Below the pieces are notes generated by a model. It saw nothing but the letters and a program-made list of their open reading frames with translations. It was not told the origin of the DNA and did not search any database. A stretch of 64,000 bases of DNA from a candidate division WOR-3 bacterium (GTDB lineage: Bacteria; Hydrothermota; 32-111): the NCBI GenBank assembly GCA_037481815.1, contig JBBFKX010000002.1, positions 367,647 through 431,646 on the forward strand. The letters run 5' to 3'. Numbering within the stretch: position 1 is the stretch's first letter; each line of letters opens with the position of its first letter. Below, piece after piece: positions 40,600 through 50,758 of this stretch. The translations under genes were made by a program, and so were the position numbers.

Positions 40600-41455
40600 A
40601 TTTGTACTCTATTTTTGCTTTTTCTCTTAACTGCTGTGTATACGCCTGTATGTATGATTTTGATTTTTCAGAATATAAAAGGTTTGTAAGCATTCCTTTT
40701 ATAGTATTTTCATCAAGATTTGATGGTTTAAAATCAACGAGTTTTACGATATTGTATGTTCCATTTATTTCAGCAAAAGGTGTCGATATTTCTCCTTTAT
40801 TTTTTAATGAGAAGGCAACAGAATCTATGTTGGCAAATCCTATGCTTGTTAATTGTTTGAATGTAAACCATGTATCTATAGCACCACCTTTTTGTCCTGT
40901 CTGTTTGTCAAGGGAGACCTCTTTTGCAACAGATTCAAAACTCTTTTTACCTGATTTTATCAAATTGTATATTGAATCAGCATATCCTTTGTCCGCTGGA
41001 AGAACTATGATTGATATTTTTATGTTTTTATCAAAATTGGGCTTATTCAACTGAAAATACGCTGTTATCTCATCCTGCGTTGGTGCAGGCATCTCTTTAA
41101 TTTTCTTTTCCATATATTTGCTTGCAAGAGTAATTATTTCCTGTAATTTTAGTTGATTCATCAAATTTGTGTCATTTTCGATTCCATTTTTCAACGCCTC
41201 ATGGTATATTAGAATATTGTCGATCAATTCATCCACTACCAATTTTTTGTTTTCTTCTGGAACCGGCTGACCCTGTGTTACGATGTTGACCAGCCCTTCT
41301 GAAATGTTCATTCCATTAACTGTTGCAAGAACTTTTCCTGAAGTTTTTAAACTAATTTTTTCTTCCTGTGTGTTTTTCAAAACTATGTATCCAAGAAGGA
41401 TAACAACGATTAAGGAAAGCACAAGGATTACGATAACTTTTGTGTCTTTTTTCAT
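40589..41455 (-). CDS. PrsA/PpiC-type foldase
   Basis: N-terminal TM, VLATVNG, FESVAKEVS.D...GG. Confidence 0.8.
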   Translation of the reverse strand: MKKDTKVIVILVLSLIVVILLGYIVLKNTQEEKISLKTSGKVLATVNGMNISEGLVNIVTQGQPVPEENKKLVVDELIDNILIYHEALKNGIENDTNLMNQLKLQEIITLASKYMEKKIKEMPAPTQDEITAYFQLNKPNFDKNIKISIIVLPADKGYADSIYNLIKSGKKSFESVAKEVSLDKQTGQKGGAIDTWFTFKQLTSIGFANIDSVAFSLKNKGEISTPFAEINGTYNIVKLVDFKPSNLDENTIKGMLTNLLYSEKSKSYIQAYTQQLREKAKIEYKFEK

Positions 41456-41459
41456 TTTT

Positions 41460-43136
41460 TTACTCCTTATTTTCACTGATTGTTTGGTTTACGATTTTAT
41501 CGAAAAGGTTTCTGTTAACGAATATCTTCACATTTTTCTTTTCTTTTTCTATCTGATCATTGTATATACTATCAGTATAAAATTTCAGATATTCATTTTT
41601 TAACTGTCTTGATTTGAATTCATCTGTCAACTCTTTTGGTTTTGGAGGGATCACATCAACCACATAAATTATGTTGTATCCCTTTGAGTTCTGGAAAATA
41701 TCTGATATTTTACCTTTACCTGTTTCAACTGCTTTTTGATAGTATCCTGTTGTATCGGTTTCATCGAAAATAAAATAATCGGGTTTTGAAAACTCCTTAG
41801 GTTTTATTGTTGAATACAATCTTGCAAAACGCTGAAAATCCTTTTTTCTAATCTTTAAAGAATCTTTAACCATATTTACTTTCTGCAGATCAGTGTTTGA
41901 AACTATATAAACATGCACCTTCCCCTTTTCCATGAATCTATCGATCTTGTCTTTATAAAATTTGACCAGAAGTGAATCATCTGTTGGTATTGAATTCATT
42001 ATATCTTTACGAACTTTCTGATCACAAATTATTGCCATCTTGACATCGGTTTCCTTTGCAAATTCTTTTGAAAGGTTTCCTCCCATCCTTCTTCCTTTTT
42101 CATAAACTGTCATAAAGAAGAGCATCCTATCTATGAAGTTTCTCATAACATCCGGTTGAGAGAACGGGACTTTTCCAAAACCACCTTTCTGTGCTTCTCT
42201 GATAACATCATCTATAGTCCACGCACCGAATATTGATGTTGCAAGAACAAGTTTTCTTTCATCTTTCAATGAATCGAGTATCACATTTCCAACAGAATCA
42301 TATTTGAACGCCTGGAAAAGTTTGTTTATGTTTTCTAAATTAACATTTATTTTACCCATCTTTCTCAATTTTTCTTCCGACTTTACGGCGATCTCGTTAA
42401 TTTTCTTTCTTTTTAATGTGTTCTCAATCCCCTTTATTTCACTCTGATATTTTGATGTATCCTTTTTTTCTCTTTTCAAAACTCTGATTATATGGTATCC
42501 AAAAGGAGATTTGACAGGTTTTCCAATCACATTTATCGGTTGTTTAAAACAGGCATCCTCAAATGGTTTAACCATAACTCCACCAGAAAATTCTCTAAGC
42601 ATTCCTTCGTTGTTTTTGTTGTTTGTATCAAGTGAATATAATGCCGCAAGTTCTCCAAACCTTTCTGGTTGTTTTTTTAATATTTCATATAAAGAATCAG
42701 CAAGTTTTTTATCTTCAACAAGTATATGTTGAGCCCATATCGTTGTTTTACTCCTGATATATGTATCCCATAGTTCCTTTTCACTTATCTTAACCTTTTT
42801 TGTCACTTCGTTATCATAAACCAGTCCTATCAACCTGCTGTTTTCTGATTGAACCTTTTGTGTTAATAGATCTTCTGTAAGAAGATTGTTTTTTTCCATA
42901 TAGTTATAAACTATCATCTGGTTTATCAGGTTGTTCAAGGCATCCTCTGCCCTTTTCAAATTTTCCTCTTTCGAAAGATTTGGCATTGGGGTATACATCT
43001 TTTTAAAAGTACTTTCGAACAAAACTTTATTATCAACTTTTGCAATCACATTATCTCTTTTTGAACAACCATAAAAATTGAAGAGAATAAAAAATAGTGC
43101 TGTAAAAACTATAACATTTTTTGAAACTTTCATCAA
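41460..43136 (-). CDS. Parvulin-type PPIase lipoprotein
   Basis: YGC lipobox; AQHILV, F.ELA..YS.D, MVKPFEDA, KSPFGYHII. Confidence 0.85.
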   Translation of the reverse strand: MMKVSKNVIVFTALFFILFNFYGCSKRDNVIAKVDNKVLFESTFKKMYTPMPNLSKEENLKRAEDALNNLINQMIVYNYMEKNNLLTEDLLTQKVQSENSRLIGLVYDNEVTKKVKISEKELWDTYIRSKTTIWAQHILVEDKKLADSLYEILKKQPERFGELAALYSLDTNNKNNEGMLREFSGGVMVKPFEDACFKQPINVIGKPVKSPFGYHIIRVLKREKKDTSKYQSEIKGIENTLKRKKINEIAVKSEEKLRKMGKINVNLENINKLFQAFKYDSVGNVILDSLKDERKLVLATSIFGAWTIDDVIREAQKGGFGKVPFSQPDVMRNFIDRMLFFMTVYEKGRRMGGNLSKEFAKETDVKMAIICDQKVRKDIMNSIPTDDSLLVKFYKDKIDRFMEKGKVHVYIVSNTDLQKVNMVKDSLKIRKKDFQRFARLYSTIKPKEFSKPDYFIFDETDTTGYYQKAVETGKGKISDIFQNSKGYNIIYVVDVIPPKPKELTDEFKSRQLKNEYLKFYTDSIYNDQIEKEKKNVKIFVNRNLFDKIVNQTISENKE

Positions 43137-43166
43137 ACCTCCTTACAAGATAATTTTTAATTATAA

Positions 43167-46154
43167 CTATAATAATATTTTTTTCAAGTATGCATAAACC
43201 GAATCAAAAATCTTTTCACCAGTTTTCAATTTAATAACAATGGTAAAAGAGGGATCATACAAAATTTCAAAGTTTTCCTCTATTTTTTTTATAATTCTCT
43301 TTAAAAAATTATCCAAATTGTTATCCATTCCCGTATAAAATTCTATGATGAGTTTTGAATTTGTATATTCGATTCTTGAAATTCTATTATTTTTACAGAG
43401 TATTTTCAATTCCTGAAACTTAAACAGATTTTCAACATCATAGTATATTTTTCCGTATATATCTTTGACCTCTTTTTTTCTTTTCTCAAGAGTTTCAAAA
43501 CTATCGATAGAGTTTATCGATCTATAAAGTTTTATCTTCGAACTTTTCGTCATATTGTAATTTTCTGAAACATACGAATCAAAAGGTATATTTATTGTCG
43601 GTTCTACGATGTTTGATTTTTTTGTTCCTTTTATCTCCTCAATCGCTTCGTTTAATAGTTTAAAATATAACGAGTAACCAACATTACCTATATATCCATG
43701 TTGTTCTGTTCCGAGTATTTTCCCCGCTCCCCTGATCTCTATATCTTTCATCGCAAGAGAAAGACCTGCTCCAAGAGAAGGATATGAGGAGAACACCGAG
43801 ATTCTTTTTTTTGCGTTATCACTTAAAAGTTCTTTTGAAGGAATTATAAGATAGCAGTATGCTTCCCTTTCAGATCTACCAACCCTTCCTCTCAACTGAT
43901 GAAGTTCAGCAAGACCAAACCTGTCAGCATTGTTTATAAAAATTGTATTCACATTCGGATTGTCTATTCCCGATTCAATTATCGAGGTAGACAAGAGAAG
44001 ATCAAACTCTTTTCTTTTAAAACGATGCATCATAAGGTCTATATGTTTTGAACTCATCTTTGCATGTAAGGTTACAATCCTGACATTGGGTAAAATTTTT
44101 AAAAGATGTTGTTCAAGAGATTTTATATTTTCGATTTTATTGTTTACAAAGTAAATCTGCCCTTCCCTTTCGATCTCTTTCAGTACAGCATACTTTATGA
44201 TGTTGTCATCCCATTTTATTATTGAAGTTTTTATATTTTTTCGTCCCGGTGGTGGAGTGTTTATACTGCTTATATCCCTAACACTCATAAGCGACATTTC
44301 CAGTGTTCTCGGAATTGGAGTCGCTGATAATGATAGAACATCAACATTCTTTTTCAATATCTTTAACTTTTCTTTCTGTTTTACTCCAAAACGGTGTTCC
44401 TCATCGATTATCAAAAGTCCCAAATCTTTAAACTCAATTCCTTTTGATAATAGAGAATGTGTTCCGATGATTATATCAATTTTTCCATTTTTCAAATCCT
44501 CTTTGATTTTTCTTTTTTGATACTCATTTTTGAATCTGCTTATCACTTCCACTACAACACCGAAATCTTTTAACCTTGATATGAAAGTTTCGAAATGTTG
44601 TTGTGCAAGGATTGTTGTTGGAACCAGAAAAGCCACCTGTTTATCTGAAAGAACCGCTTTAAAAGCAGCACGCAAAGCAACTTCGGTTTTACCATAACCC
44701 ACTTCACCAACAACCAATCTATCCATCGGTTTTTCTTTTTCCATGTCTTTTTTGACCTCTTCTATCACCCTCAACTGATCTTCCGTTTCTTCATATTCAA
44801 AACTCTCTTCAAGTTCAAGTTGTAAAAGATCATCCTTTTTGAAAGAATAACCTTTAACAAGATTTCGTTCCGCATACAATCTTAAAAGTTCACCTGCGAT
44901 AGTTTTTATCGAATTTTTTATCTTCTCTTTTTCTTTTATAAACGAATTTGATCTAAGAGAAGATAGTTTAAGATTTTCACCTTTATCTCCAACATATTTG
45001 TCCACAAGGTATATCTGTTCAACTGGCACAAAAAGTTTATCGTTATCAGCGTATATTATTTTTAAACAATCTGTTGTTCTATTGTTATATTCTATCTTCT
45101 CTATACCAGCATAGATTCCTATCCCATATGTTTGATGCACTACGAGATCACCATTCTCAATCTCGTCAAGTTGTTCAAGATATATTGGACTTAGTTTTAA
45201 ATGTGAATATTTTATACTTCTTGATCTGTTAAAAAGTTCAAAATCGTTTATATATATCTCTTTAGAATAGTGTGATACAAACCCTTTAAAAATGTTGAAT
45301 TCAAAATATTCAAACTCATTCTTTGTGAGTTTTTCAATTTTTTCCCTTTCATATCTGGATGAACAAAAGATTTTCACTCTGTATTCAGAAAAATTTTTTT
45401 TATGATACTCCAAAAAATTTGTAAAACCTGAATCCTTCAAGGATAATGGTTCAAAAAGTTTAAAATCTGGTTCAAGTTTTAAAATTTCATCTGAAAAATT
45501 GAATACCCGATAATCGAAAAAGAAGGAATCGAATCCAACTGTTTTGGAAACATTTGGATCAAAATCGGGGGGAATAAAGATTTCATCAACTTCTTCCTTA
45601 CTCAATTGAGTATCCAGAGAAAATTTTCTTATAGATTCTATTTCTTTTTCGTCGAGTTCGATTCTATAAGGGTCATCTCCATATGGAAAAATATCTATTA
45701 TGAAACCTCTGACAGCAAATTCTCCTTTTTCGAAAACATTGTCAACCCTTTCAAAATTCAAATTCTCAAGGTTCTGAATGAATGTTTCAATGTTCAGTTC
45801 ATCACCTTTTTTTAAAATTATTCCTTTTTCCTGAACATAATTTTTTTGTGGATATTTAAACTCTTTTAACCTTTTTTGAGATACTATATTTTTATGAAAT
45901 CTTTTCAGTAAAAAAAGTTTTTTATAAAATTCATCTTCACTTCCACTATCAAGAAATGAGATTTTTTCTTCAAGGAAATTTTTCAGATGTTCAAAAAGAT
46001 ATAAAGATTCATCAAAAGAATCAGTTAAAATCAAATATTTTTTATCAGATTTAAAAATTTTTTTGGTAAGAATAAAAGGTAAAACTTCGGGAATAACCTT
46101 TTTTTCATCCAGTTTATTGAATTTTTCCAATAATTTTAATAATTCTGTTGACAT
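43167..46154 (-). CDS. mfd: Transcription-repair coupling factor (compact N-terminus)
   Basis: GEFAVRG.IIDIF, RID LVVH..YGIG, GEVGYGKTEVA, DEEH, SATPIPRTL, QLRGRVGR, TRG D.EIRGAG. Confidence 0.95.
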   Translation of the reverse strand: MSTELLKLLEKFNKLDEKKVIPEVLPFILTKKIFKSDKKYLILTDSFDESLYLFEHLKNFLEEKISFLDSGSEDEFYKKLFLLKRFHKNIVSQKRLKEFKYPQKNYVQEKGIILKKGDELNIETFIQNLENLNFERVDNVFEKGEFAVRGFIIDIFPYGDDPYRIELDEKEIESIRKFSLDTQLSKEEVDEIFIPPDFDPNVSKTVGFDSFFFDYRVFNFSDEILKLEPDFKLFEPLSLKDSGFTNFLEYHKKNFSEYRVKIFCSSRYEREKIEKLTKNEFEYFEFNIFKGFVSHYSKEIYINDFELFNRSRSIKYSHLKLSPIYLEQLDEIENGDLVVHQTYGIGIYAGIEKIEYNNRTTDCLKIIYADNDKLFVPVEQIYLVDKYVGDKGENLKLSSLRSNSFIKEKEKIKNSIKTIAGELLRLYAERNLVKGYSFKKDDLLQLELEESFEYEETEDQLRVIEEVKKDMEKEKPMDRLVVGEVGYGKTEVALRAAFKAVLSDKQVAFLVPTTILAQQHFETFISRLKDFGVVVEVISRFKNEYQKRKIKEDLKNGKIDIIIGTHSLLSKGIEFKDLGLLIIDEEHRFGVKQKEKLKILKKNVDVLSLSATPIPRTLEMSLMSVRDISSINTPPPGRKNIKTSIIKWDDNIIKYAVLKEIEREGQIYFVNNKIENIKSLEQHLLKILPNVRIVTLHAKMSSKHIDLMMHRFKRKEFDLLLSTSIIESGIDNPNVNTIFINNADRFGLAELHQLRGRVGRSEREAYCYLIIPSKELLSDNAKKRISVFSSYPSLGAGLSLAMKDIEIRGAGKILGTEQHGYIGNVGYSLYFKLLNEAIEEIKGTKKSNIVEPTINIPFDSYVSENYNMTKSSKIKLYRSINSIDSFETLEKRKKEVKDIYGKIYYDVENLFKFQELKILCKNNRISRIEYTNSKLIIEFYTGMDNNLDNFLKRIIKKIEENFEILYDPSFTIVIKLKTGEKIFDSVYAYLKKILL

Positions 46155-46183
46155 AAAACTTCTTTTCAGTTAAGTTATTATAT

Positions 46184-46639
46184 ATGTATAAAATTTTTCT
46201 TTCAATACTCGTTCTCTTTCTTCTAAGTTGTTCCATGGATTATTCTCTTGAAAAAGCAACGGTAACATATATAGGTTTTGATTTTTCCAGCAAAGGAGCA
46301 AACTCTGATCCATCTCAGAACGATATCGTCGCTATACTCGATTACAATCCTTCATCTTCAACGATCACAAGAGAAGGTTATATCTATTTTCTTATAAACG
46401 AAAAATCAAAAAAACAGGATATAGTCGACTTAGGTGAAGCACCTTTTAATTCAATTGACAGAGTTTCATACTCAATGTTCACTGATTCAGTGTGTCCTCC
46501 AGTAATGGCAGGACATCTTTATATAATCAAATGTAAGGACGGATACGCCAAAGTTTATGTTGTATCGTTTAGAGGAGAATCGCTTCTTAGATTGCAGGTG
46601 AATATTATGTACGAATTTTCCTCAGATTCTGTATTCTAA
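46184..46639 (+). CDS. Small lipoprotein of unknown function
   Basis: LLSC lipobox; 151 aa. Confidence 0.65.
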   Translation: MYKIFLSILVLFLLSCSMDYSLEKATVTYIGFDFSSKGANSDPSQNDIVAILDYNPSSSTITREGYIYFLINEKSKKQDIVDLGEAPFNSIDRVSYSMFTDSVCPPVMAGHLYIIKCKDGYAKVYVVSFRGESLLRLQVNIMYEFSSDSVF

Positions 46640-47193
46640 CTTCCGCAAATATCAGGATACTTGCTCTTTGCTCTTTCAAAACCAATCTGAACCGCTTTTA
46701 TATTCATATCGAGAAAATTTTTCGGGACATTTTTTTCAACCGATTTTAGAACACTCTCTTCAGAAAAATATTTTCCAACAACCGTTATTATACCTACTGA
46801 AATCATATTTGAAAAAAGTTCAGAGTTGGCAAGTTCTTTTGACATCTCTGATATCGGAAAGGAAAGAATCCTTCTATCAAGTTGATCATAGTTTTTAACA
46901 TAGAAAGAATCTATTATCAATTTACCATCTTCTTTAAGTTCTTTCGAATAACGGTCATACGCTTCCTGTGAAAGGCAAAGTAAAATATCAGCAGCAGCGA
47001 TTTCAAGTGTATATATATCTCCATCATCTATAATCACATCGGCTTTTGAGAGTTCGCCTCTTGCTGCAGCACCATATATCTGCGACTGGACAACATTCAG
47101 ATCTGAGAAAATACCCGCTGCTTCCGCAATCACTTTTGCAGCAAGTATAATACCCTGTCCTCCGCTACCTGCCAATCTTATTTCTGCTCTCAT
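46636..47193 (-). CDS. korC: 2-oxoacid:ferredoxin oxidoreductase gamma subunit
   Basis: G.GGQGIIL, YG..ARG. Confidence 0.85.
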   Translation of the reverse strand: MRAEIRLAGSGGQGIILAAKVIAEAAGIFSDLNVVQSQIYGAAARGELSKADVIIDDGDIYTLEIAAADILLCLSQEAYDRYSKELKEDGKLIIDSFYVKNYDQLDRRILSFPISEMSKELANSELFSNMISVGIITVVGKYFSEESVLKSVEKNVPKNFLDMNIKAVQIGFERAKSKYPDICGS

Positions 47194-48017
47194 CTCTCAC
47201 CCCTTTTTGCTTTTTCGATAACATTTTTTTCATAAGATTCAACATATTCTTCTCTCTGTTCGTCTACAAAAACACCTATCGGAAATTTTCCCTTTTTCTC
47301 TTCTTCACTCATCTCCTGCCATTTTTTCAAAGAAACAGCCCTTTCAGCAACAAAATCAAGCATCTGATATGGTTCTTTCAATTTATTTCTTCTACCAAAC
47401 TGTGTAGGACAGGTCGCCATAACTTCAACAACCGAAAATCCTTTGTGTGAGAGAGCTTTTTCAATCACATTATCAAGAAGTGCTATATGGAAAGCATCCG
47501 CTCTTGCAACAAAGGAAGCACCCGCTCCAATTGCAAGTTTCACTATATCAAAAGGTGGTTCAACATTACCATACGGCGCTGTTGAAGCATAATAATCTTT
47601 GGGGGTAGTGGGAGAGTACTGCCCTCCTGTCATCCCATAAATATTATTGTTAAAGATTATCGCTTTAATATCAATATTCCTTCTACACGCATGGATAAAA
47701 TGGTTACCACCTATTGCAACAGCATCTCCATCACCCATCACATCTATAACAGTCAATTCAGGTTTTGCCATCTTAATTCCAGTTGCAAAAGTCAAAGATC
47801 TTCCGTGAGTAGTATGTAAAGTGTTCATATCAAGATAACCAGGTGTTCTTCCAGAGCATCCAATTCCAGAGAGAACAGCAACCTTGTTTTTATCAAGCTT
47901 CAACTTCTCAATTGAACGAAGGAGTGCCCCTACGATTATTCCGTGAGCACACCCAGGACACCAGATATGTGGTAGTTTATCTGTTCTAAGATAATCAAAA
48001 ATATGTTCATTATACAT
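47190..48017 (-). CDS. korB: 2-oxoacid:ferredoxin oxidoreductase beta subunit
   Basis: WCPGC, SGIGCS, HGR, GDGD..AIGGNH, YGMTGGQ.SPT. Confidence 0.92.
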   Translation of the reverse strand: MYNEHIFDYLRTDKLPHIWCPGCAHGIIVGALLRSIEKLKLDKNKVAVLSGIGCSGRTPGYLDMNTLHTTHGRSLTFATGIKMAKPELTVIDVMGDGDAVAIGGNHFIHACRRNIDIKAIIFNNNIYGMTGGQYSPTTPKDYYASTAPYGNVEPPFDIVKLAIGAGASFVARADAFHIALLDNVIEKALSHKGFSVVEVMATCPTQFGRRNKLKEPYQMLDFVAERAVSLKKWQEMSEEEKKGKFPIGVFVDEQREEYVESYEKNVIEKAKRGER

Positions 48018-49152
48018 TCATTACCTCCCGAATCTTTGATAAAATCTCAGTTGGAGTTATAAATTCACCATTCGCTTTTCCAAGAAACTCCACTTTCATC
48101 TTCGACCCACAAGCTCCCCTTTCGACTTCACCAACGATCTGTCCAAGGTTCATTTCAACAACAAGGAATTTTTTACAATGTTTTGAAAGTTTTTTAATCT
48201 TATCGTAATTGAAAGGCCAGAGTGTTATAGGTCTGAAAAGTCCCGCCTTAATATTTTCTCTTCTTGCATCCTTTATAGCCCTCATAGCGCTTCTTGCAAC
48301 AGATCCATAAGCAACAACTATTATTTCAGCATCTTCTGTCATTCTTTCTTCATACCAATCAAAATTTTTCCTATTTTTTAAAATTTTATCTCTTAATCTT
48401 TCCTGAAGTTTTTCAACGATATTTGGATTCGATGTAGGGAATCCTGTTTCATCATGTGTTAAACCTGTTATGTGGAATCTATAACCTTCACCGTATGGAG
48501 CAAGTGGTGGAACAAGTCCATATTTGTTATCAAAAGGTTTATATTGTTCACTCTGAACCGAAGGTTTTACTCTATCGATTATTTTATAATTTTTTGCTTC
48601 ATCGAGTATAACTTTTTCTCTCATATGAGCGATTATTTCATCTGTAAGAAGTATTACAGGTGTTCGGTACATTTCAGAGAGATTGAACGCTTCAAAAGTC
48701 AGTTTAAAAGTTTCCTGTACTGAACAGGGTGTTAGAGCAATGATCTGATGGTCTCCATGAGTTCCCCATCTTGCCTGCATCACATCACCCTGTGAAGGAT
48801 ATGTCGGCATTCCGGTTGAAGGTCCACCTCTCATCACATTCACGATCACAACAGGAATCTCTCCCATTATAGCATAGCCGATATGTTCCTGTTTTAAAGA
48901 AAACCCGGGTCCACTGGTTGCTGTCATCGATTTTACGCCTGTTAAAGAAGCTCCTATTGCAGCACCAATTCCTGCGATTTCATCCTCCATCTGGATAAAC
49001 TTGCCTCCAACTTTTGGCAATTCTTTTGACATACCTTCAGCGATTTCAGAAGAAGGAGTTATCGGATACCCTGCATAAAATTTGCATCCACACATTACTG
49101 CAGCTTTTACAACCGCTTCATTTCCGGACATCAGTTCTATATTTGACATCAT
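48010..49152 (-). CDS. korA: 2-oxoacid:ferredoxin oxidoreductase alpha subunit
   Basis: GYPITPSSE, QMEDE, TATSGPGFSL, RGGPSTG.PT. Confidence 0.92.
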   Translation of the reverse strand: MMSNIELMSGNEAVVKAAVMCGCKFYAGYPITPSSEIAEGMSKELPKVGGKFIQMEDEIAGIGAAIGASLTGVKSMTATSGPGFSLKQEHIGYAIMGEIPVVIVNVMRGGPSTGMPTYPSQGDVMQARWGTHGDHQIIALTPCSVQETFKLTFEAFNLSEMYRTPVILLTDEIIAHMREKVILDEAKNYKIIDRVKPSVQSEQYKPFDNKYGLVPPLAPYGEGYRFHITGLTHDETGFPTSNPNIVEKLQERLRDKILKNRKNFDWYEERMTEDAEIIVVAYGSVARSAMRAIKDARRENIKAGLFRPITLWPFNYDKIKKLSKHCKKFLVVEMNLGQIVGEVERGACGSKMKVEFLGKANGEFITPTEILSKIREVMNV

Positions 49153-49652
49153 TTCTCCTGTTTTATCATTGTTTTTCCATTTTTATCGATAAAAACTATC
49201 AATGGAAATCCATCTATTTTTGCTTTAAAAAGGGCTTCACTTTTAAATTCTTTGAAAAGAACAGGTTCAATATTTTTTACTCTGCTACCATACAAACTTC
49301 CAAGCCCACCAAATGCTAAAAAATATATTTTACCATATTTTTTATGTATATCAATATTTCTTTCTCCTTTACCTATCGTTGCAAGTACACCATTTTCAAA
49401 AAGAAATTGCAAAAATCTATCCATCCTTTTCGAAGTCGTTGGACCAAATGAGAAAAACCCTTTTTCATTCTTTTCAGTTGGACCCGCATGATAAATGATA
49501 CTATCTTTCAAAAAATCTGGAAAAATATTTTTTTCTTCCATAACTTTCAAAACTCTATCCCTTGCAACATAGATTTCTCCAGATAACAATACACATTCTC
49601 CACTTTTAAGATTTTTCAATTTTTCGATTTCAAAACTTTTCAGTTTTTTCAT
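49149..49652 (-). CDS. Fe-S fumarate/tartrate hydro-lyase beta subunit
   Basis: L.G.IYVARD, YHAGP, GPTTS.RM, IGKG. Confidence 0.88.
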   Translation of the reverse strand: MKKLKSFEIEKLKNLKSGECVLLSGEIYVARDRVLKVMEEKNIFPDFLKDSIIYHAGPTEKNEKGFFSFGPTTSKRMDRFLQFLFENGVLATIGKGERNIDIHKKYGKIYFLAFGGLGSLYGSRVKNIEPVLFKEFKSEALFKAKIDGFPLIVFIDKNGKTMIKQEK

Positions 49653-50476
49653 ATATATAAAACTCCAACCCTTTCCTGATAACAGTTAAACTGAATCGAT
49701 AACGGGAATGTTGCAATATGTCTTTCACCAAAAATAACCCTGCAATCCAAAACCGTTTTTCCAAAACCCAACCCTGCAAATCCTGTTTTTATTTCAAGTG
49801 ATTTTTTTAACACTTTTTCGCTTATCCTTTCTTCAACATCTTTTCTGTTGTGAATAAATTTTCCAGTCAAAGCCAATTTTGAAAGCATTACCGCTTCCAA
49901 ACTACTTTTTCCTGAACCAATTCCAAGAATGTAAGGTGGACAACCTCGATCTTTTGCCTCCTTAACACTCTCTATTATCTTTTGAACAATCTCTTCTTCA
50001 GACGTTGAAGGATTCAACATAAAAAGTTTTGAAAGATTTTCACTTCCTCCACCTTTTGCCATCAAAACTATTTTTACATTTTTTCTTTTTCTTTGAAAAA
50101 TGTAGACAGATGGAGAGTTTGAATATTTACCATCATTATCAACTATCGAGTATCTAAAACCTAAATGTTTTGTCTCTTTGTTCAAACTCTTTCTCAATTC
50201 ACTTTCAATATCAAATTCAAAACAGAAATTTTCTGGAATTTCAATAAAAACCGAAAGATGCCCTGTATCCTGACATAAAGGTGTTTTATTTTTTATTGAC
50301 AATAGATTATTTTCTTTATATGAATCGATGAAAAATTTTTCAATTTTATTTGAAGTTTTTTGATTCTCAATTTCCTTTTTTACAAAGGGAGAAGGTTTCA
50401 GGTTGATATCTTGATACAACTGAACAATTTTTCCAACAACACTTTTATCTATCTTTTTCAAGAGAGACCCACTCAA
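49649..50476 (-). CDS. Fe-S fumarate/tartrate hydro-lyase alpha subunit
   Basis: PLCQDTG, KGGGSEN, GCPPY..GIG, HIA..P....C. Confidence 0.88.
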   Translation of the reverse strand: MSGSLLKKIDKSVVGKIVQLYQDINLKPSPFVKKEIENQKTSNKIEKFFIDSYKENNLLSIKNKTPLCQDTGHLSVFIEIPENFCFEFDIESELRKSLNKETKHLGFRYSIVDNDGKYSNSPSVYIFQRKRKNVKIVLMAKGGGSENLSKLFMLNPSTSEEEIVQKIIESVKEAKDRGCPPYILGIGSGKSSLEAVMLSKLALTGKFIHNRKDVEERISEKVLKKSLEIKTGFAGLGFGKTVLDCRVIFGERHIATFPLSIQFNCYQERVGVLYI

Positions 50477-50478
50477 AA

Positions 50479-50700
50479 CTATTTAACTTCTTCTTTCTGC
50501 TCTTCACATGTATGAACCTGAATCGCAAAATCTGGACATCTGAGTTCACACATATGACAACCGATGCAATCATCAGGTCTTGCAGCGACGACTTTTCTAT
50601 CCTCTCCAATCTCAAGAACTTTCTTTGGACAGTAGTGAACACACAGAGAGCATCCTTTACAAAGATTTTTAAAAATTTTATGTGTATATCTTTTTTTCAT
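50479..50700 (-). CDS. korD: 2[4Fe-4S] ferredoxin (oxidoreductase delta subunit)
   Basis: CKGCSLCVHYCP and CIGCHMCELRCPDFAI. Confidence 0.88.
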   Translation of the reverse strand: MKKRYTHKIFKNLCKGCSLCVHYCPKKVLEIGEDRKVVAARPDDCIGCHMCELRCPDFAIQVHTCEEQKEEVK

Positions 50701-50758
50701 AACACCTCATTTTTGTTAGTTTTATGATTTTATAAAACCATAGATTAAAGTCAATAGT

